The notes under the pieces: model-generated
The model's database searches: none
Seen by the model: only the letters and a program-made list of their open reading frames with translations
Told to the model about the DNA's origin: nothing
Shown here: piece by piece, positions 55,708 through 64,000 of the stretch
Layout of the letters: each line of letters starts with the position of its first letter
Numbering within the stretch: position 1 is the stretch's first letter
DNA from: a virus
Lineage: Duplodnaviria > Heunggongvirae > Uroviricota > Caudoviricetes
IMG/VR virus record: IMGVR_UViG_3300029641_000003
DNA length: 64,000 nucleotides
Reading direction: 5' to 3' (one strand)
Position numbers and translations under genes: made by a program

Positions 55708-55731
55708 AAAAGCCCCGGCCAAGCCGGGGCA
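55704..55731 (-). terminator. intrinsic terminator after immI-like copy 2
   Basis: GCCCCGGC-CAA-GCCGGGGC hairpin followed on minus strand by a run of 6 T. Confidence 0.5.
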
Positions 55732-55738
55732 TCACACT

Positions 55739-55951
55739 TCAAGTTACGATCCAATCATTACCGACTGCATCCGCCGTCGATAAATCGACTTCCCGGATCT
55801 GGTATCCATTAATACAAAACCATCCAGTAGTAGAGCTATTATCAGGCCAGACCCATACACCAACACTCCATGCTTTACGGCGGCACACTTCAGCCTGTCC
55901 TTCCCTGATTTTTTTTACCGCCTGCATGATGTCCATCACTCGCCTCCCCAA
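55739..55951 (-). pseudogene. C-terminal segment of Ant-like protein in shifted frame
   Basis: Product aligns with the C-terminal tail of the copy-1 Ant (CRRKAWSVGVWVWPD vs CRRASWPESVWVWPE; DWIVT vs DWIVS) but is in another frame from 55936-56643. Confidence 0.4.
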
Positions 55952-56643
55952 CCGATTACCTGGAATTGCCCCATCCTTGGGTGATACCAGCGTTTTCCTC
56001 GGTGTTCAGCCTCCGACATCATCAGGGTAAAGGCATTCATGAAGGGAGATAAGGCCACAATAGTACGACGCGACAATACCCCCTCTGGCGTCAAAAACTC
56101 ATGCGTATCTGTGGGGATCCGGTAAGCGTTGACCAGGTTACGGCATTTGGCTTCAGTCAGGCCGCATTTCGCCGCCAGTTGGCGGTAGCCAATGTAGCCT
56201 TCTGGTATGTTGCCTTTCTTGATCTGCTCGACGGTTTCAGCGACCTGGCTAACCTTTGACTCAACAGCATGAAGCCGCTTTTGCTGCTGAACTGCATTCG
56301 CAGCCATTGCAGCGATCATCTCTATTTCGGTCAACGGCTGGCGTACTTGTTCTTCCAGTTCGCGCCAGCGGTCCACCAGCCGGGCGGTGAATTCGGGAGA
56401 GAGCTGCGCAACGACAATAATGCTGTCTCGTTTGCCTTGCTCGCCTTCGAAGACGTAAGCCTCAACGCCACGACGCAATCCTAAGTTATTGATTTTTTCG
56501 AAAACAGCCATTGGCGGTTTTCGGATAATGCTTCGAGCAACCATACGCTCAATACTACGTTTAACGTCAGAGTGTTGACTTCCCACCAGCTCCGCAATCT
56601 CAATGCTGGTCATTGATAGTTTTTCGAGAATGCAGATATCCAT
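55936..56643 (-). CDS. antirepressor-like protein (Rha/Ant family), immI-like copy 2, C-terminally truncated by frameshift
   Basis: Paralog of 19292-20233 with identical central block (VFEGEQGKRDSIIVVAQLSPEFTARLVDRWRELE); ends early at GWGGE. Confidence 0.6.
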   Translation of the reverse strand: MDICILEKLSMTSIEIAELVGSQHSDVKRSIERMVARSIIRKPPMAVFEKINNLGLRRGVEAYVFEGEQGKRDSIIVVAQLSPEFTARLVDRWRELEEQVRQPLTEIEMIAAMAANAVQQQKRLHAVESKVSQVAETVEQIKKGNIPEGYIGYRQLAAKCGLTEAKCRNLVNAYRIPTDTHEFLTPEGVLSRRTIVALSPFMNAFTLMMSEAEHRGKRWYHPRMGQFQVIGWGGE

Positions 56644-56867
56644 CAGTGAGCCTCCGCAATGCCGGGATTGGTAATATTGCGATACCAGGGATTAGTGTTT
56701 GGTTGTGGGGAAGTAGAGAAACGACCAGTGAGAACGCCATACTGATCAGGGATCAGAGAACGGGCTTCTTTTTCAGTTGCGGCAATTGCGAAGTGATCAC
56801 AATGTTTTTGCAGGGAGTGGAAACGCCAGATGAATTCTGGGCGTGAGCAATGATTGGCATTAACCAT
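56643..56867 (-). CDS. Icd-like small protein, copy 2
   Basis: EFIWRFHSLQKH...AATEKEARS, paralog of 20233-20448; start of ant overlaps its stop. Confidence 0.5.
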   Translation of the reverse strand: MVNANHCSRPEFIWRFHSLQKHCDHFAIAATEKEARSLIPDQYGVLTGRFSTSPQPNTNPWYRNITNPGIAEAH

Positions 56868-57196
56868 AGTTACGGCCTCGTAAGTTGATAAACAACCTGC
56901 GACCCGCTGTCAAACAGGTGGCAGGACGTGACAGGGTTGACAGACTGGCACTTACGAAACCAGCAGGCCGAAGCCTCCCCATCACGCCCCACCATAATTC
57001 GGGCGTAACGTGGTTTTACGGACACAAAAATACCGCAATATCGGAAATGTGCGGTTGTCCGCGTAAGTATTCAGGCTGTCAAACCTGGTCGCAGAATTTG
57101 CTACGACGGCATGAATATAAGCCTGAACATTAGAAAGATCAACAGAATTTTTATCAAATGCTGTTTTTTAGTGACAATGTAAATCATACATTCTTG
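56868..57196 (-). other. structured untranslated leader, copy 2 (candidate c4-like RNA region)
   Basis: No ORF; hairpin CCGCA...TGCGG followed by U-run ending TTTTTGTGTC, the same tail as in copy 1. Confidence 0.3.
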
Positions 57197-57226
57197 ATTA
57201 GAAACATCAATTTAATTTTCTAACAT
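57197..57226. promoter_or_regulatory. operator pair ATTAGAAACAT ... TTTTCTAACAT
   Basis: Inverted motif-family half-sites at head of immI-like copy 2. Confidence 0.45.
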
Positions 57227-57282
57227 AGATTTTCGAGCGATGAAATTCCCGCCGCACGGTTATTGTACAGTCAATCGCAACA

Positions 57283-58242
57283 TCATCCCCGAAAGCCCTC
57301 CGGAATTGACCAGTCTTCCCGGTCAAATTCAGACCGATAGCCACGCTGTATCATCAGGTCAAATGCTTCATTGATGGTTGCACATCCCTGGGAACCAGAA
57401 TAATCCATAGAGAAATCCAGGGCGCTGGATCGTTTGGGCTTATTCACTGTGGTAGCACTACGTAACCATGCAAATTTTTTTGCCAGTTTTTCAGCGGTAC
57501 GATACAGAGCCTGCCGTTTTGCGTACCCCTCGTCTGAACGACGCTTTGCAGCTCTCGCTTTTGCTGCCGCCAGGCAGTGGTTGGTATGTTCTTCCCTGAT
57601 TACTGTTTTTTTATCCAGCAAGCCATTATCCGCTTGAGAACTATCTGCTGGTGAAGCCTTTGGCTGAACCGCGCATGATCTTTCTCTTCTTTTGGCTATA
57701 GAGTGACTCTTATTTTCTATTGGCTGTTCATTTTGAACATGGGGGGGCTTGTTCAATTTGAACAGGGGGTTCCCAGTTTCAAAAAAATAACGAACCTTTG
57801 AAATCAACTGCTTAACCAGTTTTGTGGCGTTGGCAAATTTGATGCCCTGCTTACTCCCTATCTCCATTGCTACATGAATGAAGTGGAGAAATTGTGTTGT
57901 AAACCGGTACACGTTACACACCTGAGCATTGTTATTCGCTACCTGATGCTGCTTAACAAGCATTCCGCACTTCGTCGCTTCGGCAAATGCCCGGCGCACA
58001 GTAGAAATACTGCGTCCTGTAATCTCGGACATATCCGCATATGAGCGACGGATCATGTATTCATCGGTAGCTCCTGCCAGGTTGGCGAACTCGGCAATAA
58101 TGGCGCTATGTGAAGGGGAAAGAAAACCGCTATGACGAGCAAAAAAACTCAACTGATGACCTTTGATTTTTTTGTGGTATTCAGTGTTGTTTTTATACTC
58201 AGAAGTGTTGAAAGTAACTGAAACTGAATTTAAAATACTCAC
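57283..58242 (-). CDS. putative replication/regulatory protein with HTH (RepL-like by position)
   Basis: 319 aa; HTH MSEITGRSISTVRRAFAEATKCGML; operator 170 bp upstream; adjacent to immI-like module as kilA-repL is in P1. Confidence 0.3.
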   Translation of the reverse strand: MSILNSVSVTFNTSEYKNNTEYHKKIKGHQLSFFARHSGFLSPSHSAIIAEFANLAGATDEYMIRRSYADMSEITGRSISTVRRAFAEATKCGMLVKQHQVANNNAQVCNVYRFTTQFLHFIHVAMEIGSKQGIKFANATKLVKQLISKVRYFFETGNPLFKLNKPPHVQNEQPIENKSHSIAKRRERSCAVQPKASPADSSQADNGLLDKKTVIREEHTNHCLAAAKARAAKRRSDEGYAKRQALYRTAEKLAKKFAWLRSATTVNKPKRSSALDFSMDYSGSQGCATINEAFDLMIQRGYRSEFDREDWSIPEGFRG

Positions 58243-58412
58243 CAGATAGTTCCGTGAAAAATCTATCTACCGTATAAATCTATGCCAGTGGATTTATACA
58301 CCCAAAAGCCGCTACTCAGCGGCTTTTGCTTTTTTTGGCAGTCGCTACCGGAGCAGTGACCGCGATCCTACTCGATCACGTGCCGTCGGATCAACAGTGT
58401 ATAAAAACACAC

Positions 58413-58425
58413 TGTGTTAGAAAAT
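58413..58425. promoter_or_regulatory. operator half-site TGTGTTAGAAAAT
   Basis: Exact 13-bp motif between pro-like stop and RepL-like start. Confidence 0.45.
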
Positions 58426-58441
58426 TAAGCTATCTTTTAGC

Positions 58442-59440
58442 TCACATCCTCTTAGACACAAAGATCAGCGGAGTCACCGTCTTGTTCTCTTTCACCGGTA
58501 TTTCTTGTTGTTTATTGGCTGATATTGGCAGACCATAAGTGGCATTAGCCCCCAGGGATTCAAGCATCGCTGCAACAATGCGTGCATCATCCTCTGACTG
58601 CATACGGCAGAGCGCCCGGCGCTGTTCTGTGCTGATAAAAACAGGCATTTCCTGGATAGCATCACGCAAAATACGGCGGCATTTCTTCGCGTTCTCCCCC
58701 TGGCTTTCCATCATCGCGGCCTGGTCGCGTAGTTTGTCGCGAAGCTGCATATTTTCCACTTCAAGATGTATCAGTTCCGACTCCAGAACTTCACGTTGTG
58801 CTGATTCGAGTATGGCTTGCTGACTCTTCATTGCTGAAAAGTGGTGAACCAGATCCGTAGCAGCATTATCGGTAAAACCTTGTTCGATAAGTGCCGCATG
58901 AATCGCCGCGTCGCGTTCTTCTGCTGATTCAAGCATCAGGCTTTTCTTGTCGAGGCTGATATAGTTAGGCACAGTTACGTAATCAAAACCGTGAAAAGAC
59001 TTTACCAGGGATACAGAGTAATCTGGACCAGATGTAGCCCATGACCAACCACCTGCGCCAGAATTAATCATACCCTGAACAATACGTCCGGTGTCCGTAT
59101 CCAGTATTTCCTGTGTATGGGTAACAATGCCGTTGTCGTCAATTGAAATGTCGATAGTCCTGTTTGACGGCACGTTCTCCAATACAACAGGCTTCCCATC
59201 TACCATCACAACAGAGACTTCCGGCAAGTCCAGGCTTTTCGTTTTGTTATAGTGCATCGCCCGGCGACCATGACCGTAATAACCATACATCTCACCCAGT
59301 GCGATACGCTCTTTTGTTTCTGGCGAGTTGAATGTGTCTCGTACCGACTGGATAACGTAATTGCGATTGTTCTGAGGTGTGTGTTTGCGGATTTTCTCTA
59401 CCAGGGAGAAGCGATCCGTAACGGTATTCAGTGATTGCAT
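58442..59440 (-). CDS. hypothetical morphogenesis protein (possible prohead protease/scaffold by position)
   Basis: 332-aa ORF directly downstream of portal-like gene. Confidence 0.35.
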   Translation of the reverse strand: MQSLNTVTDRFSLVEKIRKHTPQNNRNYVIQSVRDTFNSPETKERIALGEMYGYYGHGRRAMHYNKTKSLDLPEVSVVMVDGKPVVLENVPSNRTIDISIDDNGIVTHTQEILDTDTGRIVQGMINSGAGGWSWATSGPDYSVSLVKSFHGFDYVTVPNYISLDKKSLMLESAEERDAAIHAALIEQGFTDNAATDLVHHFSAMKSQQAILESAQREVLESELIHLEVENMQLRDKLRDQAAMMESQGENAKKCRRILRDAIQEMPVFISTEQRRALCRMQSEDDARIVAAMLESLGANATYGLPISANKQQEIPVKENKTVTPLIFVSKRM

Positions 59441-59453
59441 TATTTCCCTCCGG

Positions 59454-61139
59454 TTAATTATTGCTCATCACAAATTTTGCAAAGTTGATTAATTGTTCTT
59501 GCGTCCAGTTTTCCGGATCGTCACCGGACGACAACGGCGCGGATTCGTACATACCATGCTCGTTGTTTTGCTCTGATTCATTCGCCTTAAACTCTTTGAT
59601 CATTACGTTGAGAGTGTCATCGTCGATACGAAGCTGTTCGGTGAACAGATAACGCATAAACGCGTCGCTACCCGCCAGTTTCGGGTTGTTCTGGATCTGG
59701 TCCATTATTTGCGAGATGACAGCTACGAAGTTGGCGCGCGCATCCAGCTCTCGGTTTTCCTCTTCCTGGATAGCTGTATTCATTGAGTTGAATTGCACGT
59801 CATAAGGACGGTTTTTTTCGGTGTAAACCTTCCCGTATTTATAAGCGAGGTGAATGTCATGAAGCCGATAAATAGTCCGCTGGGCGGCCTGTCTGATCCA
59901 GTTCGCGCGTAATGCGGCCTGGATAGCTGTTTGCTGCCAACCGCCTTCTCCAAGTCCACCACTCATCTGATCAGCCCAGCCAAGCATTGTTGCGTCAATA
60001 CCGAGGCTTGCCGCGAGCTGTCGGAGATGAAACATAACGTCTTCGATACCACTGATATCTGCGGGTATAGATTGCGTATCAATGGTGATCCCGTTCTTCC
60101 CATCCCCCATGACGGGTATCAGATGGTTAAGTACAGATGGGAGAGCATTAGAATTAATCGACCGTTGCGCTACGAGGTCGCTATGACGCTTCAGTGCCTG
60201 GCTGACCCCGCGCGTATAATTCGCCGCGTTTACCGGATCTATCGTGTTCGTTGTGAGTGCAATCAGGCGATCAATTTTTGCAGCGTTGTTTCGCGTTGCT
60301 TTCAGCGCAGCAAGCGCGGCACATAAATTCAGGTAGGGTTCATAACTGTATTCAAGAAACGACGTACCGTAGTTCTGCGTCTCCATTAACGGCTTGTCCT
60401 GCTGTTCACTAAGCAAGGAATAGCCTTTAGTGCCGTAAGTTACTGGCATTACTTTATGCTGAGGCGTCCAGTACGGGTTTTTCATGGAAACCAGATTCCA
60501 CGGTTCGGTTATAACTCTGCGCAAAGTATGCGTATCCAGAATGTAATCACCGCTGAATCCGACAAGTTGGCTACCGCGATAAAACTCCTGAACGAAATGA
60601 GGGAGCGTGTAATAGCTCGACTCAATTCCAGTTATCCCCTTCCCTTGCTCTGCATATGGACGGATATACGACACACCGAAAATAGCCATGATCATGGCCC
60701 ACGATGGAAGGCCATCATTAATCATTGAGCTTAAATCAGCGGTCAATTCCTCACATCGACTTACAGCCTCCTTATCCGCCCCATTTTTCGGCGCGAGAAT
60801 AAATGCGAGGCCTGTTTTTTTTGATGGAGCCAGAGAATGCGCAATGTGAATGTTTAATGCTGTGGAGATAGTCGGACTTTTCGCCATCGTCTCCAGTATG
60901 TTGTATTTTTGCAGGCGGTCACTCGGTAATTCTGCCGATATAGATACTGTATCCGCCGCGCTTGTCATGCCATCGCTATTGCTCCCCAGGATGCCAGGAC
61001 GCAAGGCGGACAGGCCAGAACGAGCAACGACGCTATGCCCGCTCGCAAATACGACCGGATCGGCAGGCGTAACATCACCACCGCTGAAGGCTTTCTTCAA
61101 TGCCGACAGAAAGCCCTTGTTTTTGTCTTTCGTTGCCAT
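59454..61139 (-). CDS. portal-like protein
   Basis: 561 aa, size and position typical of a portal (prt) gene; no motif verification possible. Confidence 0.4.
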   Translation of the reverse strand: MATKDKNKGFLSALKKAFSGGDVTPADPVVFASGHSVVARSGLSALRPGILGSNSDGMTSAADTVSISAELPSDRLQKYNILETMAKSPTISTALNIHIAHSLAPSKKTGLAFILAPKNGADKEAVSRCEELTADLSSMINDGLPSWAMIMAIFGVSYIRPYAEQGKGITGIESSYYTLPHFVQEFYRGSQLVGFSGDYILDTHTLRRVITEPWNLVSMKNPYWTPQHKVMPVTYGTKGYSLLSEQQDKPLMETQNYGTSFLEYSYEPYLNLCAALAALKATRNNAAKIDRLIALTTNTIDPVNAANYTRGVSQALKRHSDLVAQRSINSNALPSVLNHLIPVMGDGKNGITIDTQSIPADISGIEDVMFHLRQLAASLGIDATMLGWADQMSGGLGEGGWQQTAIQAALRANWIRQAAQRTIYRLHDIHLAYKYGKVYTEKNRPYDVQFNSMNTAIQEEENRELDARANFVAVISQIMDQIQNNPKLAGSDAFMRYLFTEQLRIDDDTLNVMIKEFKANESEQNNEHGMYESAPLSSGDDPENWTQEQLINFAKFVMSNN

Positions 61140-61371
61140 GATTCACCGCAAAAGGTTTCCGATTTCGTGGCAGCTTATCCAGTGTGTGATTTCATCAGTA
61201 ATTTTTCGTTGTTTTCACTATTTGCTGATGTTTTTTCATATGCGGAAATGCTTTTCCAAAAACGCAACCACTAAACAAAGAAGTTATGTTTATAAACATT
61301 TTTGTTGTGTTTTATATCTTTTGTGTTATTATCCTTGTCGCCCATGATGGATAAATTGCATAAGGAAACTT

Positions 61372-61554
61372 GTGAAGTATTCAGAGTTCAAACGCTGGTT
61401 AATCCAGCAAGGGGCAGAGTTCAGGAAAGCGCCAGGTGGCGGCAGTCATCAGAAAGTGAACCTGAACGGAAAGCGGTCGGTTTTCCCGGACCACGGTTCA
61501 AAGGAAATGCCTGAACCGCTACGCAAGAAAATAATGAAGGACCTGGGGCTTTAA
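61372..61554 (+). CDS. hicA: HicA mRNA interferase toxin
   Basis: 60 aa, GTG start after AAGGAA; FRKAPGGGSHQK...FPDHGSKEMPEPLRKKIMKDLGL fits HicA. Confidence 0.7.
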   Translation: MKYSEFKRWLIQQGAEFRKAPGGGSHQKVNLNGKRSVFPDHGSKEMPEPLRKKIMKDLGL

Positions 61555-61584
61555 GCCCCAGCCTTTTTCACTAGGAGCTTCTCT

Positions 61585-62016
61585 ATGTTTAACTATCCGG
61601 TAAAACTGGAGCGCGACGACAAAACCGGCGCGTATGTCGTATCATGCCGCGACCTACCATTGTTTAATTCCGTGGGTGACTCAGTTGAAGAAGCGTTGCT
61701 TGAGGCTGGTTATGGATTGGTCGCAGCGGTTGCGATTGAGATTGAAGAACGCCGACCTGTTCCCACTGGTAGCGAGCCAAAAGAAGGTGAGTACGTTGTC
61801 TCTTTGCCAGTGCTACCAGCAATGAAGGCTGCACTCCACAACGCGATGATAGAAACCGGCACACGCAAAGCAGAGTTGGCGCGCAAACTCGGCAAAAATG
61901 GAACACAGATTGATCGGCTTCTCGACGTCGAACATTCATCGAAAGTTGAAACTGTCGAGCTGGCACTGCATCAACTGAATAAAAATATCGCCGTATCTGT
62001 CACACCAATGCGGTGA
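61585..62016 (+). CDS. hicB: HicB antitoxin
   Basis: 143 aa; N-terminal MFNYPVKLERDDKTGAYVVSCRDLP HicB fold, C-terminal HTH-like TRKAELARKLGKNGTQIDRLL. Confidence 0.7.
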   Translation: MFNYPVKLERDDKTGAYVVSCRDLPLFNSVGDSVEEALLEAGYGLVAAVAIEIEERRPVPTGSEPKEGEYVVSLPVLPAMKAALHNAMIETGTRKAELARKLGKNGTQIDRLLDVEHSSKVETVELALHQLNKNIAVSVTPMR

Positions 62017-62128
62017 CTGCTCCCCGCCCTGGCTGGGCGAGGATTTACGGGGTATTTGTTAAAAACGCTCTATTCAAAGAAGAAATACCGAATCCCCCGG
62101 AGGTTATCCGGGGTGTCCGGTCGCCAGG

Positions 62129-63514
62129 TCAGGTTTCCAGCCCAAAATCGCTTTGTTCTGTTTTGGCTTCGAACATCGTGAAGTTAAGCCCTTTCCCCTC
62201 TCCATGTTCCAGTTCAATCTCATTAGAAACAGCGGTCAAAATACTACGTAGATCAACATCTCCACCGCCGAACATATCGCCCAACGCCTGCTGTTTATGA
62301 ATCAGTTCGTCGTTGATTTTTTGTGCCATTTTTTTGAATGCAGCCCCCATGCGCTTCGCGCTTCGATTATTTGCCACGATGAATAGCGCCAACGCCTCAG
62401 CTTCCGGCGTGCTATCACCGAAGAGTCCGCGCTGGGCTATCACCTCTTCCACTGCCTGACCGTTGTCTTTGGCTTCACGAACAAGGTTAATCGCGTCCTG
62501 GAGTGCTGCTATAGCCTGTTTATCCAGACCGTTCACCTGCTCTATACCATCAACCAGACCAGTTACAGCATCATGATGTGCATCGCCAGAAATCGACTGC
62601 ATTTGCGCAAAGTCACTGGCTGCTGTATTAAGCGCGGTCAGGATATTGCGCATTTCCGGATCCGGTTCTTCCGCCACAAGCCGAACAAGTCGCTCATCCT
62701 TATAGGCTTTGGCAAAAATCGCATTCTGAATGCGATCGATAAGCTGTTTCGTTGGACGTCCATCGGCTGTAAGCAAACCTGCCGTCGCGGTATCGCCTAT
62801 TTCGTGCAAAAACGCACGAATAAACGCATCATTGGACCGCGCCAGTAGATTTCCATCATCTGAAGGATTAAATAGCGCCATGACGCTCTCAGTGAGAAAT
62901 TGCGCATCCGCATACGCTTTCTCACTTGCAGCCATCTCTTGCAGATCGCTGATGTTTGAGTCGCGTGCAAATTGAGCACGATCAACGTCAGTGAGGCGCT
63001 CGCGAACCAGTACAGGCATCACCATTGCCCTGACGTCTTCGGGATTAAGGCCAAACTCTTTAGCGTGATCGATAAGATATTGTCGGTAATCTTCAGCCTG
63101 CCCTTGTTCATAAGCACGCCAGATTCCCATGCTTCGACCATTACCAGACTCAACGACATTATCCGGACCAACAATCGGGGAACCATGACTACTCATACCC
63201 GAATCAGTGAGTTGTGCCGGGCGTAAATTGGCGGCGATACGGTTAACCTGGAGCTTGCTTGACAGTCGGGTGCGATCGCGAGGCTGGAGTTCCTCCGGAA
63301 ATGACGGATTTATACTTCCGTCCAGGTTGTTAGAAATGATGAGCTTTTTGGCATCAATAACCTTGAACGCTGTTTTAACTTCGTCGCCTTTGCTGGTGAC
63401 GACATAGCTGCTACGCCCCAACTTCGTCTCTTGCTTTTCAAGAGATGACACCACAGCGATAACCCCCTCAATGTTCGCTGCGGCCAAAAGTGCTGATGTT
63501 ACGTTTTGAGTCAC
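62129..63514 (-). CDS. hypothetical protein (461 aa), possibly virion-associated
   Basis: Long ATG ORF convergent with hicAB; acidic, helix-rich. Confidence 0.45.
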   Translation of the reverse strand: MTQNVTSALLAAANIEGVIAVVSSLEKQETKLGRSSYVVTSKGDEVKTAFKVIDAKKLIISNNLDGSINPSFPEELQPRDRTRLSSKLQVNRIAANLRPAQLTDSGMSSHGSPIVGPDNVVESGNGRSMGIWRAYEQGQAEDYRQYLIDHAKEFGLNPEDVRAMVMPVLVRERLTDVDRAQFARDSNISDLQEMAASEKAYADAQFLTESVMALFNPSDDGNLLARSNDAFIRAFLHEIGDTATAGLLTADGRPTKQLIDRIQNAIFAKAYKDERLVRLVAEEPDPEMRNILTALNTAASDFAQMQSISGDAHHDAVTGLVDGIEQVNGLDKQAIAALQDAINLVREAKDNGQAVEEVIAQRGLFGDSTPEAEALALFIVANNRSAKRMGAAFKKMAQKINDELIHKQQALGDMFGGGDVDLRSILTAVSNEIELEHGEGKGLNFTMFEAKTEQSDFGLET

Positions 63515-63605
63515 AATTAACCACCTTTCTGTAAAAAAGGCAGTGTAAAAAGTGTGTTATTTCGGTGACTATTTTAAGAAGAAAGGGGCATTCTGCCCCT
63601 TTCTT

Positions 63606-63977
63606 TCACGCTGCATACCCGTTAGCTGAAACCCAGTTTACGGTCTGTTCTTTGGCCTGGTCGAGTGTCAAAAATTCACCAATATATTGAGATATGCCTC
63701 TCAAAGCATCGATGAACTCCATTTGTGATGATTTAGTAAATGCACCACTAAGGAAGTCAGCAACAATTTTAGGCGTTTCTTGTGCCGCCGGTTGCACTTC
63801 CTCTTCTTGCTGTTGTGCTGGATTATTCGATGAACCAAGCCCCAGCTTCATCATCACTTCAACTATCCGCACGCCAATAGTGACACGTTGTACCGCAGTC
63901 GCGCTTTTTTGCGCTGACATCAGCTCAGACAGTTCTTTGCCTAAGCTAAGGCGCTCCGTTACTGATATTTTCACCAC
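63606..63977 (-). CDS. hypothetical protein (123 aa)
   Basis: ATG ORF followed by hairpin AAAGGGGCA-TTC-TGCCCCTTT at 63582-63602. Confidence 0.4.
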   Translation of the reverse strand: MVKISVTERLSLGKELSELMSAQKSATAVQRVTIGVRIVEVMMKLGLGSSNNPAQQQEEEVQPAAQETPKIVADFLSGAFTKSSQMEFIDALRGISQYIGEFLTLDQAKEQTVNWVSANGYAA

Positions 63978-64000
63978 ACGCCCCCTTGTTGTATCTCTGC

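Overview
This window reads as a large block of a P1-like temperate phage-plasmid from Enterobacteriaceae, with rearranged gene order and several modules that do not match phage P1. All calls are from reading the sequence and ORF track by eye; no searches or folding were run, and protein family names rest on recalled motifs. P1-type modules present: phd-doc addiction pair; hot, lxr-like and humD with a LexA box; a Cre-like recombinase with a divergent lox-like site; pacA-pacB terminase with a GATC-rich pac candidate inside pacA; lpa-like and ref-like genes; a 2282-aa DarB-like methyltransferase-helicase; tRNA-Asn, tRNA-Thr and tRNA-Ile(CAU); spanins, PAAR, baseplate and portal genes. Modules that differ from P1: a tandem partition locus (parM-parR plus parA-parG with flanking repeats) in place of P1 parAB; Dam-like and C5-like methyltransferase ORFs; rdgC; dut; four toxin-antitoxin loci (higBA, a relE/xre/higA triple, phd-doc, hicAB); and a tnpB-only IS200/IS605 element. 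The findings I rate highest are: (1) a dispersed operator family, TGTGTTAGAAAAT, often as inverted pairs, at 13 or more intergenic sites in front of regulatory genes, which differs from the P1 C1 operator as I recall it and suggests a hetero-immune repressor; (2) a Cre/lox pair with new arm and spacer sequence; (3) two paralogous Icd/Ant immI-like modules, each behind a structured leader, with copy 2 frameshifted; (4) a DUF2829 (Tad2-like) domain fused to an unknown N-terminal domain, next to a terminase-ATPase paralog lacking the nuclease domain; (5) a SWIM zinc-finger operon between two toxin-antitoxin loci; (6) an extra tRNA-like gene and a 1.1-kb ORF-free structured region beside the tRNA array. 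I could not assign any region to a known defence system with confidence; the candidates are flagged as hypotheses.
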